Assembly: GCA_000092065.1 (NCBI GenBank)
Contig: CP000582.1
Strand: one strand, 5' to 3'
DNA: 64,000 nucleotides
Source of the DNA: Ostreococcus lucimarinus
Lineage: Eukaryota
This document shows, piece after piece, positions 37,644 to 45,412 of this stretch. Made by a program: the position numbers and the translations under genes. The notes beneath the pieces were generated by a model. The model worked only from the letters and a program-made list of their open reading frames with translations, did not search any database and was not told where the DNA came from. Within the stretch, counting starts at the first letter, position 1; the number at the start of each line of letters is the position of its first letter.

Positions 37644-40600
37644 CTACTCTAGGGATCTCATAGCCTCCTTCGCCAGGGCGTACGTCTTGTCCCACTTCTC
37701 TTGCGCCGCCGCGGCTTCGTCGGCGGCGATTTTGGCGCGCGCGAGGGCGTCTTCGCGCTCCACGAGCGGTACGCTCGACACGGCGTCTTGAAGCGTCTTT
37801 GCGCGCGCGTGAGCGTCTTCGGCGAGCCTGTACGCTTTTTTGGCGGCTTTTAAAAGCTTCTGCACGCGCTTTTCAGCTTGCTCTTGCTTTGCCTTGACCA
37901 TTTCAGCTTGCGCACGCTCGCGCTCTCGCAGCGCCTCTGCGCGCGACGCCGCGGCCAATGCCGCTTCTTCCTCGCGCTTCGCCGCCGCAGCGGCGGCGAC
38001 GCGGCGCTGTTCCTGCTCCGCAGCCGCGATGAGACGTTGTCGCTGCTCCTCCTCCGCCGCGACGCGACGACGTTCCTCGGCTTCGGCTTCGAGTCGCGTT
38101 GCTTCCAAGCGAGCACGCTCTGCTTCTTCGGCCTCGGCTCGTAAACGTGCTGATTCGACGGCGGCGATTCGTAAACGCTCCGCTTCTTCGAGCTCTCGCT
38201 CCTTTGCTCGCGCTAAGGCCTCTTCGGCTTCGGCGACGCGCGCGCGTTCCGCCGCCTCGGCTTCGGCTCGCAAACGCGCCGCCTCTTCCTCTTCGGCGCG
38301 TTGAGCCGCCACTGCTTCGGCCTCAATCTGCGCTTTCAAAGCTTGCTGATTCGAATTTACCGCTTCGCGCGCCTCGGCCACAGCGATTTCCGCCATCTTG
38401 CGCTCCTCTTCGACGGCGCGCAAGGCCAACACTCGTTGCTCTTCTGCGCGCTTTTGCGCGCTTTCGGCTTCAGCGCGCGATTGTTCCGCCTCTTTGACTT
38501 CAGCCTTGACGCGCTCGAGCTCATCTTCGAGCGCTAATCGTCTCGACTCTGCTTCGTTCCGAAGTCTTCCAGCCTCGGTCGCGGCTTCCTGGAACTTTAT
38601 TGATTCATTACGACGAAACGCGCGTTCCTCTTCAGCGAAAGCGAGGCGAGTCAAGAGTTTTTGCCGCTCCTCGCGCGCGGCGTCCAAAGCTTGTTTGAGC
38701 TCATCTCGCGCAGTCACGAGAGCATCGACATCGATTTCGTCACCAGTATCAACAGCGTTGGATATATCGACGTCTAAAGTCGTCGTGCGATTCTTGTACT
38801 CGGACATTTCGAGTTCCAGCGCGTCGAGCGCCTCGCGCGCTTGCGTCAGAGCGGCGTTGCTCTCCGACAACTCTGTGGCCGTGCGCACGACCTCCTTCAT
38901 GCACTGCTCTTGCGATTCGAGCATATCCTGTTCCATGGTTTCGAGCGCTACTTTCGTCAACTCGTGCTCCTCGCGAGTCAACTTGAGCGTTTGCTCCAGC
39001 TGTGTCGCGAGCGTCGAATTTCCTTCAAGCTGCGATTGAAGCGCCTTGGTTTCCCCGTCGAACGCCATCTTTTGCTCACTCACTACAGCGCTCACATGCG
39101 CGGTGGAAACGACGATGTACTCCGATAGCGCGGCTTCCGCACGATTTAACTGCGTTAACAGCTTGCCGTGTTCGTTCTCCAATTGCGTCACTTTGGCGCT
39201 CGTTTCGCGTAAAGACGCTTGGCGCGCGCGTTCAAATTTGTCGGCTTCGCTCTGCGCCTCGATTTGTGCCTTGCGCAATTCGTCGAGGGCGGCATCTCGG
39301 GCATTCTTGGCTTCGTCTGATGCCGCCGCTGCGTCCTCGGCACGGCGTTTGCTCGTCTCCAATTCTTTTTGCAGCACAGCGAGCTTTCGCGCGAATTCGT
39401 CTTCGCCGAGCGAGCTGGCGGATTCCATCTCCTCTGCCCGCGCTAAAGCATCGCGCAACTTCGTTTCACGATCAATAAGCTCTTTTGAAAGCACATCAAG
39501 ATCAATCTCTGAAGTCGAGAGTCGTCGCTCGAGCTCACCCAGTCGTTGTTCCTTTGAGGCGAGCGTCTCCGTGACACGTCGCGTTTCCTCGCGAAGGCGA
39601 TCGCGCTCCTCCGCGGCGTCGAGCTCGGCGGACTTGGATGCGCTCAGCTCACTCAACTGTCGATTCAAGCGATCGACTGTGTTCGAAAGGTTATCAACTT
39701 TTTCTTGAAGCGTTCTTTTGTTCGCCTCGGCGTCATCGAGCGCGGCGCTCAAATCTTCGTCCACCGCGCCACCGCACGACGATTGAGAAGTCAGCGCGGC
39801 GTCAAGCGCTGTCTTCGCTTGTTCCAAGTCTGTGGCGATGGCCAAGCTCTCAGTTTCTATCGCCGCGCGCGCCTTCGCAGCGTCGGCGAGCTGTCCGCGA
39901 AGCGCTTTCCACACGGCGTCACGATCTGCCACCGCCGCGGCTTCTCGCGCGTTGGCTTCGCTCGCCTCGGTTCGCGCCTCGTCTAACTTGCGCCTCATCT
40001 TCGCAGCAGCCTTTGCGTCTTCTCTCGCGCGATCGATTTCCTCGTTTGCGTCGCGCAGCCGCTGTTCCATCTCCGCGAGACGCCGTTGCAAAGTCTCGAA
40101 GTCACTCGACGATTCGAGGAGCGAACGATCGCCGTCGTACATCCATCGGCGCGCGCTCGACAAACCAAAGTCACGAAATTGCACCCCGTTCGAACTTCCC
40201 GGCGCGAGCGAATTCAACCCAGACGTGCGCATGACGAACGGTGCCACCACCGCGGTGGCACCCACGGCGAGCGCGGCGACCCACTTCGCGGAAATCGCCG
40301 CCGCGCTTCGCGCCGCCGGCGCCGCCACCGCGGCGGCGGCGACTCTATTCGCCCGGCGCGGATCCACGACGACACCGCGCTCTCCCGACTTTGGCTCATC
40401 CTCCGCGTGCACGCACACACGTGCACTCGCACTCACACCGACCACGGTCTTCGTCGCAGCTTTCGACGGCGCGTCCTCCTCTTCCTCTTCCTCTTCCTCA
40501 TTCTCGCTCGACGTCGTCGTCTCGTCTTCTTCGTCCTCTTCCTCGTCTTCCGCGCCGTCCGCGTCCCACGCCCGTTCGTCGATCCGATGCTCGCCGCGCG

Positions 40601-41117
40601 CGCGATTCCCCACGTCCCGCACCCACGACGGCGCTCGCAGCGCGTCGACGTACGCCCGCGTGTACGCCGCCCGCGTCTCGCGTTCGTCCTCATCCTCCGC
40701 GCGCCGCGTCGTCTCGTCCGCGTCCTCGTCCGCGTCCTCGTCCTCGTCCGCCGCGCGCGCGCTTCTTCGCGCGATACTTTTTCGCGCGTCCTCGCTCGCC
40801 GTCGCGCGCGCGTCGTCGCGCGCGTACTCTCGCCACACCACCGGCGCGTCCGTCGCGCGCGTCGCCTCGTCGCGTCGCGCGCGTCGCGCCGTTCGCGTCG
40901 CGACGACGGCGCGCCACGACGCCGGCGCCGGCGACGTCGACGTCGACGTCGACGTCGACGTCGACGCGCGCGTCGCGTCTCGCGCGTCGCGCCGCGCGCG
41001 GGCGCGCCGCGTCCCCATCGCGCGCGTGTGCGGGCAACGGTCGGGCGGGCGCGCGCGCGTTTTCGACGTCGCGCGCGTGCGTCGCGTGTCCACGTATTCG
41101 CGTCCGCGGAGGCCCAT
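37644..41117 (-). CDS. giant coiled-coil protein (about 1000 aa of heptad repeats) with N-terminal hydrophobic anchor
   Basis: Stop TAG verified at 37644-37646. Continuous Ala/Glu/Arg/Leu-rich coiled coil from about residue 330 to the C-terminus. Upstream of it lie WVAALAVGATAVVAPFVM and an acidic DEEEDEEDE block. Start is uncertain: candidate CATs at 41115-41117 and 41307-41309; the track ORF top at 41336 is GTG. The N-terminal 5' region contains GACGTC and 24-bp tandem repeats. Confidence 0.6.
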   Translation of the reverse strand: MGLRGREYVDTRRTRATSKTRARPPDRCPHTRAMGTRRARARRDARDATRASTSTSTSTSTSPAPASWRAVVATRTARRARRDEATRATDAPVVWREYARDDARATASEDARKSIARRSARAADEDEDADEDADETTRRAEDEDERETRAAYTRAYVDALRAPSWVRDVGNRARGEHRIDERAWDADGAEDEEEDEEDETTTSSENEEEEEEEEDAPSKAATKTVVGVSASARVCVHAEDEPKSGERGVVVDPRRANRVAAAAVAAPAARSAAAISAKWVAALAVGATAVVAPFVMRTSGLNSLAPGSSNGVQFRDFGLSSARRWMYDGDRSLLESSSDFETLQRRLAEMEQRLRDANEEIDRAREDAKAAAKMRRKLDEARTEASEANAREAAAVADRDAVWKALRGQLADAAKARAAIETESLAIATDLEQAKTALDAALTSQSSCGGAVDEDLSAALDDAEANKRTLQEKVDNLSNTVDRLNRQLSELSASKSAELDAAEERDRLREETRRVTETLASKEQRLGELERRLSTSEIDLDVLSKELIDRETKLRDALARAEEMESASSLGEDEFARKLAVLQKELETSKRRAEDAAAASDEAKNARDAALDELRKAQIEAQSEADKFERARQASLRETSAKVTQLENEHGKLLTQLNRAEAALSEYIVVSTAHVSAVVSEQKMAFDGETKALQSQLEGNSTLATQLEQTLKLTREEHELTKVALETMEQDMLESQEQCMKEVVRTATELSESNAALTQAREALDALELEMSEYKNRTTTLDVDISNAVDTGDEIDVDALVTARDELKQALDAAREERQKLLTRLAFAEEERAFRRNESIKFQEAATEAGRLRNEAESRRLALEDELERVKAEVKEAEQSRAEAESAQKRAEEQRVLALRAVEEERKMAEIAVAEAREAVNSNQQALKAQIEAEAVAAQRAEEEEAARLRAEAEAAERARVAEAEEALARAKERELEEAERLRIAAVESARLRAEAEEAERARLEATRLEAEAEERRRVAAEEEQRQRLIAAAEQEQRRVAAAAAAKREEEAALAAASRAEALRERERAQAEMVKAKQEQAEKRVQKLLKAAKKAYRLAEDAHARAKTLQDAVSSVPLVEREDALARAKIAADEAAAAQEKWDKTYALAKEAMRSLE

Positions 41118-41744
41118 GATCACGACGCGCGAGGGCGCGGACGCGACGCGCGCGCGGCATGGGGTCAAATCTCGAGTCACGATCGGTCGATCGCAGGCGG
41201 TCGGTCGCCGCGGTCTGGCGGTCGGTCGCCGTGGTCTGGCGGTCGGTCGCCCCGCCCCGCGTCGTCGTCGTCGCCCGCACCGCACTGCCGCACTCTCGCG
41301 TCGAACCATGGTCGCGCTCGCGCTCACGCAAATCACCGTCGCCCGTCGATCCGCGCTCAGTCGCGATGTGCGAGGTAAGTTTCGCGTTGGATCGGGCGCG
41401 CCGACGACGCGCGCGCGCGCCGCGTCGCGTCGCGTCGACGCGAGCAGTCGCGACGCGCGAATCGCGTCGCGTGGGATACGCGGTGGATACGACGCATCGG
41501 AATGATGCGCGAGGGCGCCGAACGCGCGAGGGCGCGGACGCGACGCGCGCGTGGAAACGTCGTGCGGAATACGGAGGATGCGCGCGTCGCGGACGGGACG
41601 CGGACGGCGCGTCGCGCGCGCGGCGACGGCGACGAGTCGGCGTCGATCGCGCGGAGGCCGATCGCGGGTTCGGTTCGAACGACGCGCGCGAGGGGGTCGG
41701 GGCTGGGTCGGGACTCGTGGATTGGGCGCGACCGAAGCGGGACG

Positions 41745-42169
41745 ATGGATGCTGCGATCGAAGCGCGCGATAGAAGTGCGCGCGGAAGACTGACTGGAGC
41801 TTTGTCGTTTGCTTTCGCTCGCGCGTAGGTCGCAAGACCGTCAAGGCTCGCGCCGCCGTCAAGGTGGCGGCGTCGTCCGACTTGAAGTTTGACGACGACT
41901 GGAAGAAGTCCTCCGTCCCGGTGCACCTCGCGTCCTTGTTCGGCTGGGTCGTCCCGTCCGCGTCGCCGTGCCCGGCGTTCGAGAACAACGCGTCTTTGTT
42001 CCAGGTGTTCAGCGATCGCATCGGCGCCAACTTGGCCAACTTCCCGCAAGGTCCGGCCGCCGACGACAAGATTTGGTTGTACATGCTCACGTGGCACATG
42101 GGGTTGTTCGCGTGCATGATGTTCGGGCAAATCGGCGTGCAAGCGCGCAAGCAAGGTTACTTCAACTAA
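41745..42169 (+). CDS. psaO: photosystem I subunit O (PsaO) precursor; two exons with a 53-nt intron
   Basis: Proposed join(41745..41775,41829..42169). Mature part FDDDWKKSSVPVHLASLFGWVVPSASP...IGANLANFPQGPAADDKIWLYMLTWHMGLFACMMFGQIGVQARKQGYF matches the PsaO pattern FDxxW...GW..PS...IG..LAHFP..PA...W...TWH.GLF...FGQIG...R..YF. Track ORF 41864 starts at GTG and the frame stays open back to 41828. ATG 41745 is followed by GTGCGCGCGG at 41776, AGACTGACTGG and TAG at 41826-41828. Phase 1, junction codon AGT. Gives a transit-peptide-like MDAAIEARDRSRKTVKARAAVKVAA. Confidence 0.7.
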
Positions 42170-42391
42170 ATTTGTCTCGGCGCGCGGCGATGGGATCACC
42201 ATTAAAACTACTTTAGCGCTTCTTTGTTGAGCAAAACGCATCTGTTTAGATGATGAGTCGTCCGACCTTTGCCTTCGCGCGCTCGCCTCGCCTCGCGCGT
42301 GAAATAATCGTTCGTCGCGGATTAGGATGCGCGTCGCGGTTTTTGGTGGAATGCAAACTACTACTCGCGAGAGTTCGATGAATATGATTAT

Positions 42392-43507
42392 TTAGTCCTC
42401 TTCCGCGGCCATGATAGTGACTCCGGCGGCGGATTTCAGACGTTCTAGCACCGTCGGCGACGCGCCGCCCTTTCTCGACTCGCCGCCAAAGTTGAACGAA
42501 CGGCGCACGCTCGACGTTCGAGCCAGGTTCTCGCGCTCGAACGCCACGCCCTTGAACTTGAAGTCGAAAAAGTCCAGAAACTGTTTGGCGTACGTCTTGG
42601 GGTTTACCGTCGAAATCGGGCGCGGGGCGAAGAGATATTTGATGACGTGCGCGACCTTCTTGCCCCCGGTCCAGCGCTGCAAAAAGTCTATGATCCCAAA
42701 ATACAGTATTAACGTTTCTCCACCGTATTCGATGACGTAAGGCTTATTATGCACGTCATGCTCAAACGCTCGCATCGCCTCGTCGACCTCGTTCGCGGGT
42801 ACGCGCTGGATACCGACGAGCAAGGAGTAATCCATGAGCCCGTGTTTGTCGAACAACGCCACGTCGTTCTTCAGCGCCGTTAAAATCTCTTCCCTCTGCG
42901 CCTTCGTGACGTATATCGGCGCATCGAAAGCCTCGTGCTTACCCTTGACGTATCTCTGCCTGAGCACGGGCACGTCGCGATAACACCCGAAACATTCGCG
43001 CACTAGCAAATTTACGTTGTAAAATCGCTTGTGCGCGTGATACACCGCCGCCCCGTCCGCGACGAGCGTCTTGTCGTCCGCGGTGCCTTTCAAATCGTAC
43101 AACCGACTCCAGCACTTCACCCTGGGATTCACGCAATTATTCATCACGATGAATCGTCCGAGTTTATCGTGCGATATCACGGCGCAAATCTTTGACAGCA
43201 GGCTCTGCCCCGTCGTCGCCCGCGCGACGTAATCCTTCAGGAACGCGTCCTCGAGCAAGCTCTTACCATCGCCCTCGCTCAGCGTCTTGATGAAATATCT
43301 CCCATCGCGCGTTCGCGCCATGGTATCACCGCCTTTCCCCCCGCCCGATCCCAACTCGCCGAAATCAAAGTTTCCCACCAAGAATTCATCTCCGATCGAT
43401 TCCGCCCGACGAATGACGCTGAACTGGTCGTCTCGCACCGTGTCGCACGCGACGTCACCGACGACGAGGCGTTTCGTTTCGGGCCCGAGCGACTCGGCGC
43501 GCATCAT
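42392..43507 (-). CDS. phosphatidylinositol-phosphate kinase (PIPK) catalytic-domain protein
   Basis: Track ORF top (43582) is GTG; first ATG pair at CAT 43502-43507 (MMRAESLG). PIPK signatures: GSGGGKGGDTMARTRDGRYFIKTLS (cf. GKSGSFF...RFIIKTV), MDYSLLVGIQ, IIDFLQRW. Confidence 0.75.
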   Translation of the reverse strand: MMRAESLGPETKRLVVGDVACDTVRDDQFSVIRRAESIGDEFLVGNFDFGELGSGGGKGGDTMARTRDGRYFIKTLSEGDGKSLLEDAFLKDYVARATTGQSLLSKICAVISHDKLGRFIVMNNCVNPRVKCWSRLYDLKGTADDKTLVADGAAVYHAHKRFYNVNLLVRECFGCYRDVPVLRQRYVKGKHEAFDAPIYVTKAQREEILTALKNDVALFDKHGLMDYSLLVGIQRVPANEVDEAMRAFEHDVHNKPYVIEYGGETLILYFGIIDFLQRWTGGKKVAHVIKYLFAPRPISTVNPKTYAKQFLDFFDFKFKGVAFERENLARTSSVRRSFNFGGESRKGGASPTVLERLKSAAGVTIMAAEED

Positions 43508-43664
43508 CCTCGCCGCGCGCGGTCCGCGGCGACGGCGCGCGCGCGTGTGCGACGACGTCGGCGTCCCGCGCGGCGTCGCCACTCGTCCGCGCGCGGCGTG
43601 CTCGAGCGCGCGCGCGTCGGTGGACGCGAATCACGATCGCGAATCCGTCCACGAATCCGTCGTC

Positions 43665-44639
43665 ATGTCCATCGCCGCGTCCTCGTCGCGGCTGTCCACC
43701 GCGGACGCGATGAAGTGGGCGTCCAACTTTGTGAGCTCGGTGGCGATCGTGATGGTGAATAAACAGCTCATGGGAGCGTCTGGATTGGCGTTTCAGTACG
43801 CGACGACGCTGTGCGGGATGCACTTCCTGTGCACGATGAGCGTGCGGTGGTGTCGACCGCGCGGGGCGGCGGCGGCGCGCGCGGAGGCCGCGAAGGGCGG
43901 CCGCGAGCTGCCGCAAAAGAAACTGCTCGCCTTCGTCGCCGTTGCGTCGACGAGCATCATATCGCTTAACTTGTCGCTGATGTTGAATCACGTCGGGTTT
44001 TATCAGCTCGCCAAGCTGTTGCAAATTCCCGCGGTGTGCCTGATCGAGGTGGCGTTCTTCGGGCGAAAGGTTTCTTGGGCGCTCGCGCGCGCCATCGGAG
44101 TGGTTATGTTCGGCGTCGGTATCGCGACGTTGCAGGAAACGACGATGAACTTTTGGGGAACCATCGTGGCCGCGATCGCGGTGTTGTCCACGAGCGCGCA
44201 GCAAATCCTCGTCAGTCGATTACAGAGCGAATATTCAATCAGTAGTAACGATTTACTCGGGCGAACGGCGCCGCTCATGGCCTTGGCCATGCTCACCGTC
44301 GGCCCGTTTCTCGATCAAATATTGACTGGAAGCTTTATCACGGACTATTATTGGACCGGTGAGTCGGTGATGTTCCTGTCGGCGTCGTGTTTGCTGGCGA
44401 TTTGGGTGAACATTTCGCAGTACATGTGCATTGGCACTTTCAGCGCGTTGTCTTTTCAAGTCATCGGCCACGTCAAAACGGTGTTCATCTTCTTCTTCGG
44501 CTGGCTCTTGTTCGACATTCCCGTGACTTGGAACAACGTCATCGGTGGGTTAGTGGCTATCGCGGGGATATCGTATTACTCCCACATCGCCTCGCTGGAA
44601 AAAGAGAACGCGGCGCAGACGAGACGACCGAGCGTGTGA
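43665..44639 (+). CDS. SLC35/TPT-family nucleotide-sugar or sugar-phosphate transporter
   Basis: Track ORF 43287 overlaps the PIPK gene; ATG 43665 (verified) gives MSIAASSSRLSTADAMKWASNFVSSVAIVMVNKQLM. About ten TM helices, NKxL and FQVIGHVKTV motifs typical of TPT/NST carriers. Confidence 0.75.
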   Translation: MSIAASSSRLSTADAMKWASNFVSSVAIVMVNKQLMGASGLAFQYATTLCGMHFLCTMSVRWCRPRGAAAARAEAAKGGRELPQKKLLAFVAVASTSIISLNLSLMLNHVGFYQLAKLLQIPAVCLIEVAFFGRKVSWALARAIGVVMFGVGIATLQETTMNFWGTIVAAIAVLSTSAQQILVSRLQSEYSISSNDLLGRTAPLMALAMLTVGPFLDQILTGSFITDYYWTGESVMFLSASCLLAIWVNISQYMCIGTFSALSFQVIGHVKTVFIFFFGWLLFDIPVTWNNVIGGLVAIAGISYYSHIASLEKENAAQTRRPSV

Positions 44640-44729
44640 AAACAACATCGCGTACGCAGGGTGTAGAATTAACTTTTGTAGCTAATCTATTATTCATCGA
44701 ATGATTTCAAAATCTAACGCGCGACTTGA

Positions 44730-45188
44730 CTAATTCACGTTCGTCGCGCGCGGATCGACGACGCGTATCCCCATCGCTCGCGCCGTCCCCAACACCGACT
44801 TCGTCGCGCTCTCCAATCCCACGTGTCCCATCGTCTCGTCCGACGCCTTCACCTTGGCGATCTCGTACGCGTGTTTCAAATTAATGCTCCCCACGAACGC
44901 GTGTCCCGGTCGCGTGGAAGATTTCGCCACCCCCGCCGCCTTGGCGATGAAGTACGACGCCGGCGGCGTCTTCATGCGCCACTCAAAGCTCTTATCGCCG
45001 TAGATTGCAATCTCCACCGGCACCGGCACGTCGCTCTTGTGTTCGCTCGTCTTGGCGTTGAAGTCCTTGCAGAAGCTCATGATGTTCACTCCGTGCTGTC
45101 CGAGCGCCGGTCCCACGGGCGGGGACGGTTTCGCCGCGCCCGCGGGGACGACGAGTCGCACGAGCGCGATCGGCGTCTTGGCGGACAT
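44730..45188 (-). CDS. rpl11: organellar (bacterial-type) ribosomal protein uL11
   Basis: AAKPSPPVGPALGQHGVNIMSFCKDFNAKT is the rplK signature. 152 aa. Stop TAG verified at 44730-44732. Confidence 0.85.
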   Translation of the reverse strand: MSAKTPIALVRLVVPAGAAKPSPPVGPALGQHGVNIMSFCKDFNAKTSEHKSDVPVPVEIAIYGDKSFEWRMKTPPASYFIAKAAGVAKSSTRPGHAFVGSINLKHAYEIAKVKASDETMGHVGLESATKSVLGTARAMGIRVVDPRATNVN

Positions 45189-45235
45189 CGTCGGGCGTCG
45201 CGCGCGGCGTCGCGGCGCGTCGCGGCGATTCGATT

Positions 45236-45405
45236 CGAATCAATTCGTCGCGTCGTCGCGTCGTCGCGTCGCGTCGCGTCGTCGCGTCGTCGCGCCGCGC
45301 GCGGTGGTGTGTCGAGCGCCGCGTCCGTCGGGCGGCAGTCGACGACGCGACGACGCGACGACGCGACGCGACGCCACGCGACGCCACGCGACGCGAGGCG
45401 CGGAG
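45236..45405. repeat. imperfect inverted repeat of (TCGTCGCG)n / (CGCGACGA)n arms
   Basis: Arm 1 is about 45241..45300 (gtcgcgtcgtcgcgtcgcgtcgcgtcgtcgcg...). Arm 2 is about 45338..45400 (gacgacgcgacgacgcgacgacgcgacgcgacgcc...). Arm 2 is the reverse complement of arm 1. Lies between the divergent uL11 and WD40 starts. Confidence 0.6.
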
Positions 45406-45412
45406 AACGAGC

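Noticed and set aside
44205-44225. CGTCAGTCG (reverse complement of the CGACTGACG branch motif) as a minus-strand intron
   Set aside because: Lies inside the uninterrupted, well-conserved plus-strand SLC35 transporter coding sequence. No partner donor or acceptor on the minus strand.
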